DNA of 64,000 bases from Octopus sinensis (taxonomy: Eukaryota): assembly GCF_006345805.1 (NCBI RefSeq), contig NC_043006.1, positions 15,996,001 through 16,060,000 of the forward strand, in the 5' to 3' direction. The translations under genes were made by a program, and so were the position numbers. Within the stretch, counting starts at the first letter, position 1; every line of letters starts with the position of its first letter. Positions 38,436-50,892 of the stretch are shown piece by piece. The notes beneath the pieces were generated by a model, which searched no databases, had not been told where the DNA came from, and worked only from the letters and a program-made list of their open reading frames with translations.

Positions 38436-40976
38436 TTTGCAGACGAAATCGATGCTGTATGAATGTAATATGACAGCGGATATAACTACAAATGTACTTT
38501 CACGTTTAGCATGATCTCAATAAATAATCGTGATTACAACAAAAATAAAGCATATAGCATTTCTTAATATACTTTCCGGCGTGATATTTAGGTCATTTTA
38601 GTCGTAATGTTCCGACGGAATCTTAGTAGATGCAAAGATAATTATGTTTGTTATTTTACACTTTGATGCTTAATTTCAAATGAACTATCATTTACTGTGC
38701 TTTTGTTATAAACCACTTTGAAGAGCAGACTTCGATTTATTGATTTTGCTAATGATTTCGATATTACTGTTTATTCATGTTTAGTTTTTAAGTTAAATCA
38801 AATTATTAATTTTGTTTACTGCAAATTTCTATTCTCACTTTTTATTTAAATTGCTTGGTGATATAAACAGATTACCTCATATTAGTATTATCACTGAAGT
38901 ATTACTGCATGATATTCATGCCTTTCTCAATAGTAAGCGAAGTGAAATACCTTTAATTCGATAGCAAAATGTCCAGGCAAGCGGAATGGAATTGTGGGAT
39001 GGCAATATGTCACAACCCTATACAATCTAGCCATTTCAGTGCGAAATGTCTCTAATCTAGGAAGCGACCTGCAGCGAAACTTTCATCAGGGTCAACCTTG
39101 TGAAATCAGCACCAGAACCAGGATTCATCACTCGACAAACGGATGATTACTATCTGACTACGTACCAGCTGTTCACCGGTAGGCTTCTTTTCAAACATAT
39201 AACGATGGAAACATCCAGTAACGATGGAAACATTCAGATGGAAATATCTAGGCCTCTAAACCACTTACCTACTCAACCTGAATGGAATAGAGTATACCGT
39301 CCGTAGTTATGATCCCTGAGAGGGGAAATGGTTCTTTCAACGCATCTCACCATTTTCCTTGCTTTGACTACGAAATATTTGTATGCCGTGCGATAAAATA
39401 TTACTCATTGAAAATTAGTGTACGAGGTTTCTCCACGTACCGAACAAGCATAAAAATTATCGCTTAAATTTAGTTAAATAAATTTTCAAAATACACAAAA
39501 CATTTTTAATAAAAATGAGTGACAAGCAATGCTATTCCAATGGCTTTATGTCAATGTATGAAATTAATATAACGTATTAATATAACGTAAGTGCTGAGGT
39601 CGATTTGTTCGACGAAAACCCTTCAAGGTTTGCCCACCATGGCCGCAAGCCAATGACTAAAACTAGCGAAGGATAAAATATATCTCTCAAGATAGTATAA
39701 GACAATATGATTTAATATTCTTAATAATTTCATTATCTAATGTAGTTTTTATATTCAAAAGTTTATAAAAAGTGAATAGTTTTAACAAAGTTTTAGCATG
39801 GTTCCCCAGCAAAATAATCACCTGATTTTAGGTGTTTAAACAAAGAAAAAACATCACATTTATGGAAGAACACAATACAATGACAGTAGTAAGATTATTG
39901 CTGATATTCTGAACCCGGCAACTTACAACTACTTTGCTACTTCAGTAATGGATAAAATTATTCCTCAACAGTAGCACTCCACCATTCTAGCCTCAATATT
40001 CCTGGTAATATCTTGTTTACGAAATATATTTGACGCTTGAGGCTTATTTCATGGGTAGTGAAAGCCATAATTTCCAAACACTCTTCTTTATTTACTTAAC
40101 TATCTATTCTAATTACAATGCAACCAACTACATTTATCCTGGCTGTTGAGTCATTTCCTTTTATTAGAATGCTGAGGGAACCGTTCGATTTTCATATGTA
40201 AGTCTATAAAAAATCTACTAAAAATAATAAACTATTATCTTTCTTGTAAAACAATATTACATCTACTGGTAAGTGTTTAAATTGTTAACTCCCAGAAAAC
40301 ATTTTTGTTTACCCTAAATTTCACCTTGGTCTCAGTTTGAAGTATTGTATTTAGATTTTAACCTCGAAGCATTCAATCTTCTATAAATCGTGTAATAACC
40401 ACGTACACTCCAACAGTGTTTATTTGGAGAAGGTATATCGCCCGAGCAAAAATAGAACAACAATTTATGTGTCTATTTTCTCATAGCATTAAAGCATTTT
40501 TAATAATTTTTCCATATTTATTTAGTCCGTTTTGTGCTATTTTTCACCTTCTTACTCTATAGATAGGAGTTTGGCAAATTATTAACATCTGTAGTAAAAT
40601 GTGGCATTTCCTAAGGCGTGTTAAATGCTTGGTTTTAAACATAAAGAATACGTTGAGCATTGTTTGATAATAATGATACAAACATAGAGTAGAATAGATA
40701 TATTTGTGATAACCCAGACTTACACACAGCACAGTCACACAGATATACATGACATATTCGAAAATCACACTTTAGCACAACCACCATAAACACGTGCGTG
40801 TATTTGTGAGGAAACGTCTATGCGTCTGTATTTGCGAAACAGCATGTGTGCTTCCTTGCGTTCGAATAATGAATGTGTAAATTATAAAATAGACTCACAA
40901 AATTACTCGAAATATTTTAAACAAAAAAAAAGCGATATGTACTTTAAGCATACAAACTACTTGCAATCATAATTGC

Positions 40977-41035
<59 letters not shown>

Positions 41036-41189
41036 GAAAGAGACAGACAGACAGACATACACACACATACACGCACACATATATGTATGTATACATATAC
41101 ATATATACATAAACGTATATATATATATATACATATATATATATACATATATATATAATATAAATAATATATAAATATATGCATATATA

Positions 41190-41769
41190 CATACATATAT
41201 GTACATACCTACATCTATATGTATATATACATGCATATATGTGTATAGGACACCAAAAAAACGTCGAACACAATGAGAAACGAAAACATAAAAACAAAAA
41301 CATGGAAACGAACTTTCTTCAAACAACGAAAAAACAGAGTACAAGACGTACAACACAAGGAATATTCCCCTTCTTCAGTTGTCCCTCTTTCGTCTACCCC
41401 ACGTTTCGAAGGTAAGTCCTTTGTTTTACTGTTTTTACTTGTATTGTTTTTACTGTCTTGTTTTATTCTTACTGTCCTGTTCTTGTTACCACTTTTACCC
41501 CTCTGCAAAAAATCCCAAATTTTATTTAATTTGCTTTGCGGGAAGGATTGTTTCAACGAAGTTGCATCTTGACCTTACCTTCGAACGCGGAGTAAACGAA
41601 ACAGGGACAACTGAAGAAGTGAAATATTCCTTGTGTTGCACGTCTTGTACTCTGTTTTTTCGTTGTTTGAAAAAAAGTTCGTTTCCATGTTTTTGTTTTT
41701 GTTTTCGTTTCTCATTGTGTTCAACGGTTTTTTGGGGTGTCCTGTACCCATATATGCATGTATATATAC

Positions 41770-41775
<6 letters not shown>
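41190..41775. repeat. Fold-back element with ~220-bp inverted arms and ~150-bp spacer, inside (TA)n
   Basis: 41195-41419 is the reverse complement of 41571-41775. Confidence 0.85.
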
Positions 41776-41803
<28 letters not shown>

Positions 41804-41848
41804 GTATATATATGTATATATATATATGTGTATATATGTATATATATA

Positions 41849-41939
<91 letters not shown>

Positions 41940-42653
41940 CACTTGTATCGACATGTGTGTGTGTGCGTATGTCTGCGTTTGCCCCTGCACACACTACTAG
42001 GCAACCTGTGTTGGTTTGTTTACGTCAGTAACTTAGAAAAATAAGTGCTGAGGTTGATTTGTTCGACGAAAACCCTTCAAGGTTTGCCCACCATGGCCGC
42101 ATGCCAATGACTAAAACTAGCGAAGGATAAAAGATATCTTTCAAGATAGTATTTTTTTCTTCAGAATTTTAAGGAAGCTTAACTCGAGTAATTGTTTGGA
42201 AAAAACGAATTTCAAAATGGCAACGAAAATATCTTTGTGTTGGGATCGTTGGCTGTCTTTGAACTAATCTTCTTTATTTGGTGAAAGGTGAAACAATTAT
42301 TTAAATTTGCATTGATTCTGCTAATCAAATAATTCATAATGTTTGTAATTAATAAGATTTAAATATTTAATATTTACATGCGATGATTTTACATAAACTA
42401 TTTCTCTACTTCGTTTACTCATTAATCGTAAATCAAGTATTCCATTTATATCCGTTTAAAGGCTGTAATCAAACTTACATTTTTAATGCATATTCTCTAA
42501 TTAATTAGATTTAAAGCAGAAAATAATTTTATTGTATTTCCTTAATCAAACGCCGTCTAATTTAACATCTTGGAATGAACGATATTTTTTATTTTTATCT
42601 GGTACTGTTGTTTCCAAGCAAAATATTGTTTATTCTTTTAGCTACGTACATTC

Positions 42654-42935
42654 GTGGAGGTACATGGCCTAGTGGTTAGAGGGATCGCGGGGGGTTCGAG
42701 TCTCAGACTGGGTGATGTGTGTGTTTATGAGCGAAACACGTAAGCTCCACGCGGCTCCGGCAGAAGGTAATGACGAACTTCTGCTGACTCTTTCGTCACA
42801 ACCTTCTGTCACCCTTTCCTCCTGCATTTTGCAGCTCACCTTCCACGGACCGGCGTTCCGTCCAGGTGGGAAACCTATACGCCAAGGAAACCGGAAACCG
42901 GCCCTTATGAGCCAGGCATGGCTCGAGAAGGAACT
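42654..42935 (+). mobile_element. Diverged SINE related to family C
   Basis: TGGCCTAGTGGTTAG, GGTTCGAGTCTC, GTGTTTATGAGCGAAACAC..AAGCTCCACG. Confidence 0.65.
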
Positions 42936-43078
42936 ACGTACCTTCGTGAACTTAGAATCCTTATGAATAATTAGTCCGTCTTATATTTATTAACGTAACA
43001 GTTTACTCTTCTGGGATATATATTTACTGGCGTGCATGAGTGTATTTATACGGTAGAACACTAGATTAGATGTCTTAC

Positions 43079-43109
<31 letters not shown>

Positions 43110-43586
43110 TCGAGAGCGCATGGCCAAGTGATTAGGGTACAACACCTGTGATCACGGTATCGTAGTTTCACTTCTTGGAACGGTTGGCGCATAGTGTATC
43201 TTTTTTTTTATCAGAACACATAACCAATTGTTTCTCTGCGATCACTTCAGTTACTTACGTGCGGTACAGCGTGCACCTGTGCAGGTAACATCGATTTGAT
43301 GGAGAGACTGGAGATTCCTACACTCATACACACATACACAAATATTTTTTTATTCTATTATTCTTTTACTTGTTTCAGTCATTTGACTGCCGCCATGCTG
43401 GAGCACCGCATTTAGTCGAGCAAATGACCTCAGGACCTATTCTCTGTAAGCCTAGTACTTATTCTTTCGGTCTCTTTTGCCGAAACGCTAAGTTACGGGG
43501 ACGTAAAAACACCAGCATCGGTTGTCAAGCGATGTTGGGAGAACAAACATAGACAAACAAACATATACACACACATACATATATAT

Positions 43587-43631
<45 letters not shown>

Positions 43632-44922
43632 CAGGGGGAGAAAGCAAAATTTACAATGAACGTTAAGTTGCTTTTTTCTCAGGAAGCACTAAGTCAATTG
43701 TTTTGAAACCTAGCATATACTGATGTCATACTCATACCTAACACTATTATCCTTACCTTTACAGAAACTTTTGCCCATATGAGTAATCAGGAAAGCAAAC
43801 GTCAAAGAGTGTGTGATTTGCTGAATGCACTCGTCACACCAAAGGAGATTTCAAGGATAGTTGGAGTGTCCATAAAGACTGTTTATAATGTAAAGAATAG
43901 AATGACTATGAGCAAAACTATTACGAGGAAGTCTGGAAGTGGAGGAATCAACAAAAAACGTACCAAAGCTTTTATTAAAGCTCTCAAATCCAAAATCCTA
44001 AAGGATCCAACCAAATCCATGAGAAAAATGGCAATTGAACTTGAGGTAGACAAGAAGACCATTAGAAATGCACTAAAATATGATTTGAGGTTTAAATCTT
44101 ACACAAGAACACCAAAACATTTGTTGACAACAGCTATGAAGGAAAAGAGATTGGAGAGGTGCAAGAAAATTTTTACATGGTTCAAGAAAAAGTCCTCTAT
44201 TGTAACAATCTTTTCAGATGAAAAGATCTTCACTGTCAATGCTGTTCTGAACCGCAGAAATGACAGATTTATTGCAAAATCAACAGCTGAGGTTAAGGGG
44301 ACATTCAAAACAAAACATCCTGCACAAGTTATGGCTTTTGGTGTTGTGGCTTCCGATGGAAAGAAAATGCCTATAAAATTCTACAAAGCTGATGAAAAGA
44401 TCAATGTTAATACTTACTACAAGACTCTGAGATACCAGGTATTGCCATGGCTTAAAGCAAACTACCCAGATGGTAATTATGTATGGACACAGGATGGTGC
44501 TCCAGCCCACACAGCCAGTTAAATACAAGATTTCTGCAAATCCAACTTTAGCGATTTTTGGGAATCATGTTTATGGCCGCTTTCTAGCCCAGATCTAAAC
44601 CCTCTCGATTATGCTATTTGGGGCGTTTTAGAATATACTACCAATAGAACATCACACAGCAATGTCGACTCTCTTAAAGATACTATTACAGAAGAATGGG
44701 AGAAGTTGTCTCCCGAATATTGGAGGAACACTTGTACAAGTTTCAGGAAGCGTGTGAAGGCAGTTATTGAGAAAGAAGGAGGACACATAGAATAAAAACA
44801 TTTTCTATTATGTAAATTTTCTTGTGGCAAATAAATTCTCATAACTTTCAATAAAATAATTGGTCATACACTGTCTTTCAATCACTGCCTCAAAATATTG
44901 TAAATTTTGCTTCCTCACTCTG
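43632..44922 (+). mobile_element. Full-length DD37D (maT) Tc1/mariner transposon
   Basis: TA|CAGGGGGAGAAAGCAAAATTTACAAT ... ATTGTAAATTTTGCTTCCTCACTCTG|TA TIRs, within (TA)n. Confidence 0.92.
43779..44795 (+). pseudogene. DD37D transposase with one in-frame nonsense codon
   Basis: HTH region, FSDEK, WTQDGAPAH, SPDLNPLDY, EGGHIE*; TAA at 44520-44522 is in frame with the remaining ~90 codons; 37 residues between the 2nd and 3rd Asp. Confidence 0.9.
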
Positions 44923-44952
44923 TATATATATATATACTCTTTGGGTATGGTA

Positions 44953-45511
44953 GATGAGTTCAGCAAAAATTTAGATTCAGATGAATATGGTACTTAAGTT
45001 GAGGCATCAGAATTTAGTACGGTAATATCCATACAATTTCAAAGGTGATTAAAATCAAAATAAGCAACAAGGATATCCAGGGGTAATGCACTACGATCAA
45101 TACTATGCAATCAATACATCAATTTAAAATGCAGAGCAATCCTCAGCTGCACAAAGACATAGAATTTAATTAAATTAGAACAGATGGGCACATTAGTATA
45201 ATTATACCTAAAATCTCCAAGAGGTTAAGGCGATAGAAGAAGTTAAGAAGATATATCTTCTTCATACCTTAGTAGCTTCTATGCTGGAGTGAACGCAGCA
45301 TGTTCTTTGTCTATCTCCTTAACATCTTGGAGATTTTAGGCATAATTATACTAATGAGTCCATCTGTTCTAATTTAATTAAATTCTATGTCTTTCAGCTG
45401 AGAATTACTCTGAATTTTAAACTGATGTAATGATTGCATTGTTCAATTAAATGGAGTTGCATGAAAAGATCGTACTGCATTACCTCTGGATATACTTGTT
45501 GCTTATTTTGA
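44953..45511. mobile_element. Fold-back hammerhead-bearing element
   Basis: 45053-45238 is the imperfect reverse complement of 45308-45511; related pieces at 25131-25301 and 27462-27510. Confidence 0.8.
45395..45480 (+). ncRNA. Decayed type I hammerhead with long stem II
   Basis: CAG CTGAGAA ... GCAT GAAA AGATCG TA^CTGCAT; the opposite arm supplies GTGCAG CTGAGGA TTGC (45136-45152, minus), so the two-arm consensus restores the core boxes and stems I and II. Confidence 0.6.
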
Positions 45512-46112
45512 TATATATATATATAATATATATATATTATATATATATATATATATGAGTTCAATTCTATCAAGTTCTTTGATTCAGTTATATGAAGTGA
45601 TAAACTAAAAACCCTTCAGCAGGATATAAATAATGTATGTCACCCTTCACATATCGATCTCTTCTTTAACGATATTATCATACCTATTGGCGTTTATGAT
45701 GTTGTCTGTTGTCTATATGTTGTAAAATCGCGTGAATTTGTAGTGTATGTTCCGATGTTAACTTTCTCAATAACACACATTCGTTTAAAATGGAAATTTT
45801 CCAGAGATAGTTTTAAATGGTGTAGATTGCAATTAGTTTGATAAAGTATAGAACAAATGAGTACTTTATCTTATTTCATTTTATTTTAAGGCAATAAATT
45901 CTTTTCTTATAAAAATTAGTGTTCATTTCATCATTTTTCTATTAGCACTAAGAAACGTGGGCTTCATCTTTTCGGGGTCGATGAAATAAATACCAGTTGA
46001 CCACTAGGGTTGTTGTAATTGACTAGAACCCTCCCACCAAATTTTGGGCCTTCTGTCTTCAGTAAAAATAATTATCATATCAAAATTAAGGCAGTGAGCT
46101 AGCAGAGTCGTT

Positions 46113-47129
46113 ACCACTCAGAGAACCACGATCACAAGTTATGCAGATGATACAAAAGTTTCACAGGCAATGCAGAACCCTGAAGACACTAAGCACCTGC
46201 AATGTGAGCTGGACAAAATATACAAGTGGGCTGAAAAGAATAGCATGCAGTTCAATGCTGAAAAGTTTCAAGCTCTATGCTATCAGCACGCAAAACTAAA
46301 TGCAATACCCAATAAATACACTGGACCTGGAGGGACTGCAATCCCAGAGGCACAATCAGTGCGAGACCTGGGTATTTATATGAGTGATGATGCAACCTTT
46401 CATGTGCATGTTGCTAAATTGGCAATGAAATGTAAGCGGCTGACCGGATGGCTTCTTACAACCTTCAGAACAAGAGACCAGGAAACCATGATGGTCCTCT
46501 GGCGGACACTTGTCCTAAGCCACTTTGAGTATTGCTCTCAGCTATGGTCACCATCCAGTGTCAAGTTAATCACAGAACTTGAGGCGATCCAACGAAGCTA
46601 CACGAAGAAGATAGCCTCTGTGCAGCATATAAGCTATTGGGAAAGACTCAAGAGATTGAGACTCTATTCCTTGGAGCGTAGGCGAGAAAGATATGCCATA
46701 ATATACATCTGGAAGATCCTAGAAGGACTTGTCCCAAACTTTGGCATCGGGAGTTACACAAATCCCAGAACTGGGCGCCAGTTCAAGTGCCAAGGACTCC
46801 AAATTTGCCATCAAGATGTAGGACAAGATACTGTGATAGCCTGGGCTTCGAAGGCCCACAGCTCTTCAATATCCTTCCGAAGAACCTAAGAGACCTGCAT
46901 GGGGTGGATGCAGATGTCTTTAAAATGAAACTGGATCTCTTCTTGTCAGGTATCCCAGATGAAGCAACTTCACGGCAGGAGGTGCAGATGAGGGCAGCTG
47001 CATCGAACTCTCTCATGCACCAAATGGCAATTGCTAAAAAGCATTCGTGAAGTAAAATCATGTAGCAACACCAAATGGCGGTGCCCCAGCATGGCCACAG
47101 CTTGTGAGCTGAAACTAGATAAAAAAAAA
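46113..47129 (+). mobile_element. 5'-truncated CR1/L2-group LINE
   Basis: YADDTK (46140-46157), RDLGI, EYCSQLWSP, LEAIQR, YWERLKRLRLYSLERRRER; frameshift near 46785; 3' stem-loop plus A-rich tail. Confidence 0.9.
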
Positions 47130-48429
47130 TATGAATATATAAATATATATATGTGCATATATAATCATGTGTGTATATATTATGTTTGTGTGTGTATATG
47201 TGTATGCATATATACACATATGTCTGTATATGTATATATATACACATATGTTTATATATATATATATATATTATATATATATATATACATATATACTTTG
47301 TAGGTAATAATGCAGCTCTTAGCGTTTGTAGACAGTGTGGCAACACATTAATAATGCAAATATTCTGTAACGAGAAAAATTAAAATGACAAATTGCCAAT
47401 TATGAGAAGGACTTCAACTACGTTAATTCATCAGGACTGAATAAAGAAACAAATGACTTATTTATCAGGTGGCTGTTTCTTTACCTTCACCATCATATGA
47501 ATGATGTTAGATTAGCTGCATTTTAATAATGACGAATGATTAAGGCAAAATTCGTCTCCCCGACAATTTTAAATCTAAATAGATTCTTTAAAAAGTGTTT
47601 GATATTTTTAAATGCAAATATTGACACAGCTATTCTGAATGGCTAACGCAGTGAGTTAGAAAACAATCTCATTTTCGTTGTATAAATAGCAGTTTAGAAT
47701 ATTCTAATCATGGAAATATTTATTTTAATGTTTAAATTTTGTAAAGTACACACAGCCAGAGAAGGCTGTTCGTTATCTTAGCTGGTTTGATATGAGCTCC
47801 GCCTTCACAGCATTAACTGGTGGAAGAGTTTAGATATGATTTAGTACTCAAACCTTAGACCTGATCTTTATATTATTATTTTTCGGTTGCATATTCACAT
47901 ATTCTGCATAGAAGAATCATATTGATATAATACACAGAATAACAAATTTTTTTTTTAAATTTCGCTCTAAATTCTAATCAGCAATTTTCTCGGAACTAGA
48001 CACAGGTTAATTTTTGTTTTTCCATTTCTACCCAATTAAAAAACAAATTTTACTAATTAAAGAACTAACGTTTGCGTGGATTTGCCTTGTTTAATTACGC
48101 ACGCTTATAAACAAGCATGTCTACAGATGTGTGAGTATTTATGAGCATAAATTTAAAGAAGCACGAAGTTATAACGAAGAACTTGACAGACGGTAGGAAT
48201 GTTGTGGTTGTATCCATCTTTTAGCTTAGCATAACGTCCTCTGTTTTCTCCTAACATATGATTAGTAATGGAATAGGATTTTACAGTGAAAGAAAAGGTG
48301 TACAATTCAAAAGTTAAGATATACATCACAATATAATTTTATATATATCGTAGTAAATGTACATATACAATTTTACTGTTGTGGTTACCGTTTATCCCCA
48401 GGTTAGACACAAACCAAACAGACCTATGT

Positions 48430-48473
<44 letters not shown>

Positions 48474-48498
48474 AGTTATGTTTAATCTCATATGGTAG

Positions 48499-48838
48499 TG
48501 ACCCCCTTCGGTCAGACACTGACCATGGGTTTGCACCTAGAGAGTTACCTTCTGAGGCACAAGTCTGGGCAAGGTTGTTTTATAGAAGACCAGCTGTCAC
48601 CCATGCATACCGGCCTCCCCTCTCCACGTCACCGATGTTGTCCAAGGGAAAGGCAAAGTGGCCGATACAGCTTGGCACCTGTGACGTTGCAACTCATTTC
48701 TACAGCTGAGTGAACTGGAGCAACGTGAAATAAAGTGTCTTGCTCAAGAACACAACACGCAGCCCGGTCCGGGATTCGAGCTCACAGCCTCACGATTGTA
48801 AGCTCGACGCTCTAACCACTGAGCCACGCGCCTTCACA
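48499..48838 (-). mobile_element. SINE family D
   Basis: Reverse complement of 4279-4615. Confidence 0.88.
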
Positions 48839-48844
48839 CATCTC

Positions 48845-48940
48845 ATATATATATATACATATATATATATAATATATATATATATATATTATATATATAT
48901 TATATATAATATATATTATATATATATATATATTATATAT

Positions 48941-48971
<31 letters not shown>

Positions 48972-48972
48972 A

Positions 48973-49013
<41 letters not shown>

Positions 49014-49105
49014 TATAATATATATATTATATATATATATATAATATATATATATAGATATATATATGATATATATATATATATATATATTAATATATAT
49101 ATATA
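48845..49105. repeat. Long (TA)n tract
   Basis: Direct inspection. Confidence 0.95.
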
Positions 49106-49589
49106 AAGTTCTGTTTGATCTCATATATTTACACACACATTTATATAGAACTTATGTAGATATATGTACCCTTATTTGCTTCAATCATTTGACTGCGTCC
49201 AGGCAGAAGTATCACCTGGAGAAGTTCAGTTAATCAAATTAATTCAATACTCATTTTATTTAAAATATAGTACTTACAGTATCGCCTTCGTTTTTGCTGA
49301 TCCGGCAAGTTGTGGGGATGTAAACAAACCAACATTGTTTGTCAAACGGTATCGAGAAGCAAAAAAACAAAACACAAAAGCGCACACACAAACATATACC
49401 TAAACGTATGTATGGATGAATGTATGAACGTGTGTATGCATGTATATACACAGACATCCCAAAGTAAATAGACACTCATTTGCTTACACCGCTTTATCTG
49501 TACGGACACATCTTGATACATCAAACTTGTTAATGCTTTATTGTTTTACATTTTAGATTACAGTAGAATAATTATTTATAGCAATTAGC

Positions 49590-49860
49590 CATGTTGGGAA
49601 TACCAGACGCAAAAGATTTTCAGTGAAGGTGTATTGTGAGTAAATCTGAGAGTGAACTTAGCCAACGTAAGATTGCAAAAAAAAGAACTTGGGATTTCTC
49701 TTGCCACAATCTACAGAATCACAATATAATTCACCAGCAAAGGTAAGGAATCAACAGCATCCTGTTCAGTCTGACAGGGTCTCTCAGATCGGTGCATTCA
49801 GTCTGTCCAGTGGATTGATGAAAATAATAAGTTGATGCTGTAGAGCAACTCCAAATGAGT
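49590..49860 (+). mobile_element. Decayed Tc1-like transposase N-terminus
   Basis: ELSQRKIAK..LGISLATIYRI helix-turn-helix-like peptide in broken frames. Confidence 0.45.
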
Positions 49861-49994
49861 CAGACTACTTTTGTTAAATCTCCATGAATTTTGCTACTGA
49901 AATGAAAATAATGATAACATGTAAACAAATTTGAAGTACCAGCTAGAATCTGCAAAGATAAAAAGGAGGAATGAGGAGTGTATATGTATATGTG

Positions 49995-50044
<50 letters not shown>

Positions 50045-50295
50045 TGTGTATAATTTAGAGAAAAACCACTATTAAGCAATTCAATAAAGAAGGATGTTAT
50101 TCACACCATATAAAAAACATATACTATAAAAAAAAACTTATTTTAAAAATCAATATAGTACAATAAATAGTAAATAGTAGTAAAAAGACTACGCACGTTT
50201 CATGGCTATATTTTCAAATAGATAATAATAAAATCAATTCGATTCAACATTATAAATAGAGAGAGAGAAAGAGAGAAAGAGAGAAAGATATATCT

Positions 50296-50328
<33 letters not shown>

Positions 50329-50529
50329 TTTAAGATGCAAGGATCGAACTGTAGGAAGAAAGTGAGCTTCAAGCAATCTTTAGTAAATATAAAACAACAA
50401 TTTTCAGGAACAATAGTGGTTTATTGGGGTGGAAGGTTGTGAATTTTTCCCGTATCGAAGCTGAAAAATATTTTATATTTCACGGTTGGCAGCCAGGGTT
50501 GTCAGGTATGCGAATAAACAACATACATA

Positions 50530-50562
<33 letters not shown>

Positions 50563-50570
50563 ACACATAT

Positions 50571-50638
<68 letters not shown>

Positions 50639-50892
50639 CGACTCGCCACCCACACCCAACGAAGAGGACTGCTTCACTGGCCTGGGCCGCCGACCATCCC
50701 CGTGGACGCCTGCCCCTGGCCAGATCCTAGCGGTGGATCTTTTCGCGGGCGCTTGTCAGCGTGCATTGGAGCGGTTCAACTTCTCCAGGCGCCAACGCCG
50801 CCTCAACATCTCCCCGGCTGAGCTCTTGGTTCTTCGTTCCCTCAACGGCGCGCTGACATTATCATCAAACGGCTGACAAGGGTGGAGCTGTA

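Noticed and set aside
39015-39095. CTGATGA...ACTGAAA on the minus strand
   Set aside because: Stems I and III cannot be paired convincingly
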